From: Octopus sinensis
Lineage: Eukaryota
Direction of reading: 5' to 3'
NCBI RefSeq assembly: GCF_006345805.1
Contig: NC_042998.1
Span: 192,696,001 to 192,760,000 of the forward strand
DNA: 64,000 bases
This document shows, one piece after another, positions 61,861 through 64,000 of this stretch. The first letter of the stretch is position 1, and the number at the start of each line of letters is the position of its first letter. The position numbers and the translations under genes are program-made. The notes under the pieces are model-generated. The model worked only from the letters and a program-made list of their open reading frames with translations, was not told the DNA's origin and did no database searches.

Positions 61861-62667
61861 ACTTAATGTTTATCAGGTATTTCTTTACATGAATATTCCA
61901 TACCGATTCCTAAATTTGTGAATCCGTTTGAAACAGTAATATTCAGCTTCAGCGTTCAACTAAGTACGTGTTATCTCCAATAAGCAGCAGAAAATAAACA
62001 AACATTTGTATTTATCAAGCATTATTGTAAGATAAAGGTAACATCTCCCATAGTACATCAGCTGTTATAACCTAAAGTAGTTTTATGTAGTTTAGTGTCT
62101 GTAAACTATCAAAAACATTGAAACTTCAATAACAAGATTGAAGGCCAGTAATAATATTTTTCTTAGATTTTTCTGATTTTTTGAGAATTTGAATTGATTG
62201 CTTGAGTCCCCCCCACACACACACTAACAAAATAGCAAATTAATATTCTGAGTTCAAATACTGCTGTCAACTTTACGTTTCATTCTTCTGGCATAAGTGC
62301 AAGAACAAAATTTGCTGAGAGGGTTCAAACCCAGTTTTAAAGGCATTTTCATTGTAGCCCCACCACATAAAAAAAAGGGTCGGTGCGCTTTGCCCTCTAC
62401 CCACTGTTCTTAATCCTATGTCTTTTAGGCTTGGTAAATAAAATAGCAATCAAGAGCAACAGACTGGGAGCCTTGTATTTGTTCCTATTCTTTGCATTCA
62501 GAGTTCAAATCCTGCTATGGTCTACTTGTATAATGACTTTACCTGTTGCCTCGTTTAACATTAACACCTGATTCTTGGGTACCTTTAGCAAAGTCCATGC
62601 TGTTGCAAGTATTCTGGCCAGGTCTCTGGTCTGAGGATACTCAAACAGCAACATCATCTCTTTTATC

Positions 62668-63045
62668 TTTTACTTGCCTCAGTCATTAGACTGTTGCCAT
62701 GCTGGAGCACTCCCTTGAAGCGTTTTAGTCAAACAAATCAACCCAGTATTTTTTTTAAATACTGGTACTTATTCTATTGGTCTCTTTCGCCAAACCACTA
62801 GGTTATGGGGTGTAAACAAACCAACTCCAGTTGTCAAGCAATGTTAGAGATAAACACACACATGCACACACATACACAAACATACATACATGAAGGGGTT
62901 TCTTTCAGTTTCCATCAGTCAAATCCACTGAAAAGGCTTTGGTCAGCTCAAGGCTATAATAGAAGATACTTGCCCAAGGTTTCACACTGTGGGACTGAAC
63001 TCAGAACCATGTGGTTGGGAATCAGATTTCTTACCATACAGTCAT
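62668..63045 (-). mobile_element. SINE-A, diverged
   Basis: Recognisable tail, core and head. Confidence 0.7.
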
Positions 63046-63944
63046 ATTTGTGTCTATTATATTCATTTGAAACATTTCAATATATTTTTTAGATTATTTT
63101 ATACTGTGTATATATATATATTTACTCTAATTAACTTTTACAATGACATTGATTAATATATATTTCACTGAATCATTAGTAATCTTTGTAGACTCAATAA
63201 ACTTTAAATTCATTTGAGACTTGGTCAAATTTTATCTAAAGTAAAAAAAAAAAATTAAGCATACTAAGATTAATTGTCTACTTTAATTATTAATTTTTTT
63301 TTTATCAAATTCCAATATTTTTATATGTATGTTTTTTTAAACAAATGTTCAACTCAGATTCTAGCAATAAGTTCCAATCTTATTAAAAGCATGAAACAAA
63401 AATCTTTAGGTTTGGAAGAATTGGTGTGTGACTATATCTTCTTCCTACAGCTAAGTTTATTGAGTGAATTAATAAAATTCCTTCAAAGTTATCATTAAGT
63501 AATATTTTTTACATTTTTATAAATATTATTCTTATAGATCTTATTCAGTTTTTTTTATCAAAATAATTATTGATATTTATTATAATTTTTATTATGGTAC
63601 TTCTGACTTTTTATGCCTTGTTTGTTTCTTTATATCCTTGAGGTGTGTAAATGAACTTAACGAGTTTGAGTCAAAGTAACATGTTGTAATAAGATAACGT
63701 AATTATCTGTGCTTGGCTTAAAATTTAAATCTTATTTAAGGACTTCTCTTGATATATTGTTCTTTCTGTTTTGTTTTTGAGAAGGGTGGATATAGAAATG
63801 AGGATTGGTGGTGGGGTTATTTTTTTGTAACCTTATTAATGTGGTGTCTGCTACTACTGTTGGTTTAACACTGTTTTTCCTTCTAATATAAAAAAAGTAG
63901 TGAGTATTTTTATTTATTTTTCAACTCTTCACTATTATACAGAA

Positions 63945-64000
63945 ATATATATTTCTTTACTATCCACAAGGGGCTAAACACAGAGGGGACAAACAAGGAC
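63945..64000 (-). mobile_element. SINE-B 3' end (cut by window end)
   Basis: ATTTCTTTACTATCCACAAGGGGCTAAACACAGAGGGGACAAAC. Confidence 0.85.

Overview
AT-rich, repeat-saturated animal genomic DNA. The repeat families look like those of Octopus (coleoid cephalopod); this assignment is from recognition, not a search. Most of the window is a nested mosaic of mobile elements: three tRNA-headed SINE families, decayed 3' fragments of R4/Dong-like and RTE LINEs, several Penelope-like element (PLE) fragments with GIY-YIG domains and hammerhead-ribozyme-like cores, MITEs (Merlin-like, piggyBac-like, hAT, Tc1/mariner), non-autonomous Helitrons and long microsatellites. No complete protein-coding gene, real tRNA/rRNA gene or CRISPR array is visible. 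The best host-gene evidence is a probable first coding exon at 25167-25366 (+), with a second candidate exon at about 23328-23510; the rest of the window may be intron. I do not see a clearly new biological system. The most interesting observations are a SINE-split hammerhead-like motif, several 110-200 bp-arm palindromes, a PLE 5' module found both as a tandem array and as fold-backs, MITE and SINE multimers, tail-swapped SINEs and 5'-inverted LINE insertions. Coordinates and mismatch counts were read by eye; ends without a TSD or TIR are approximate.
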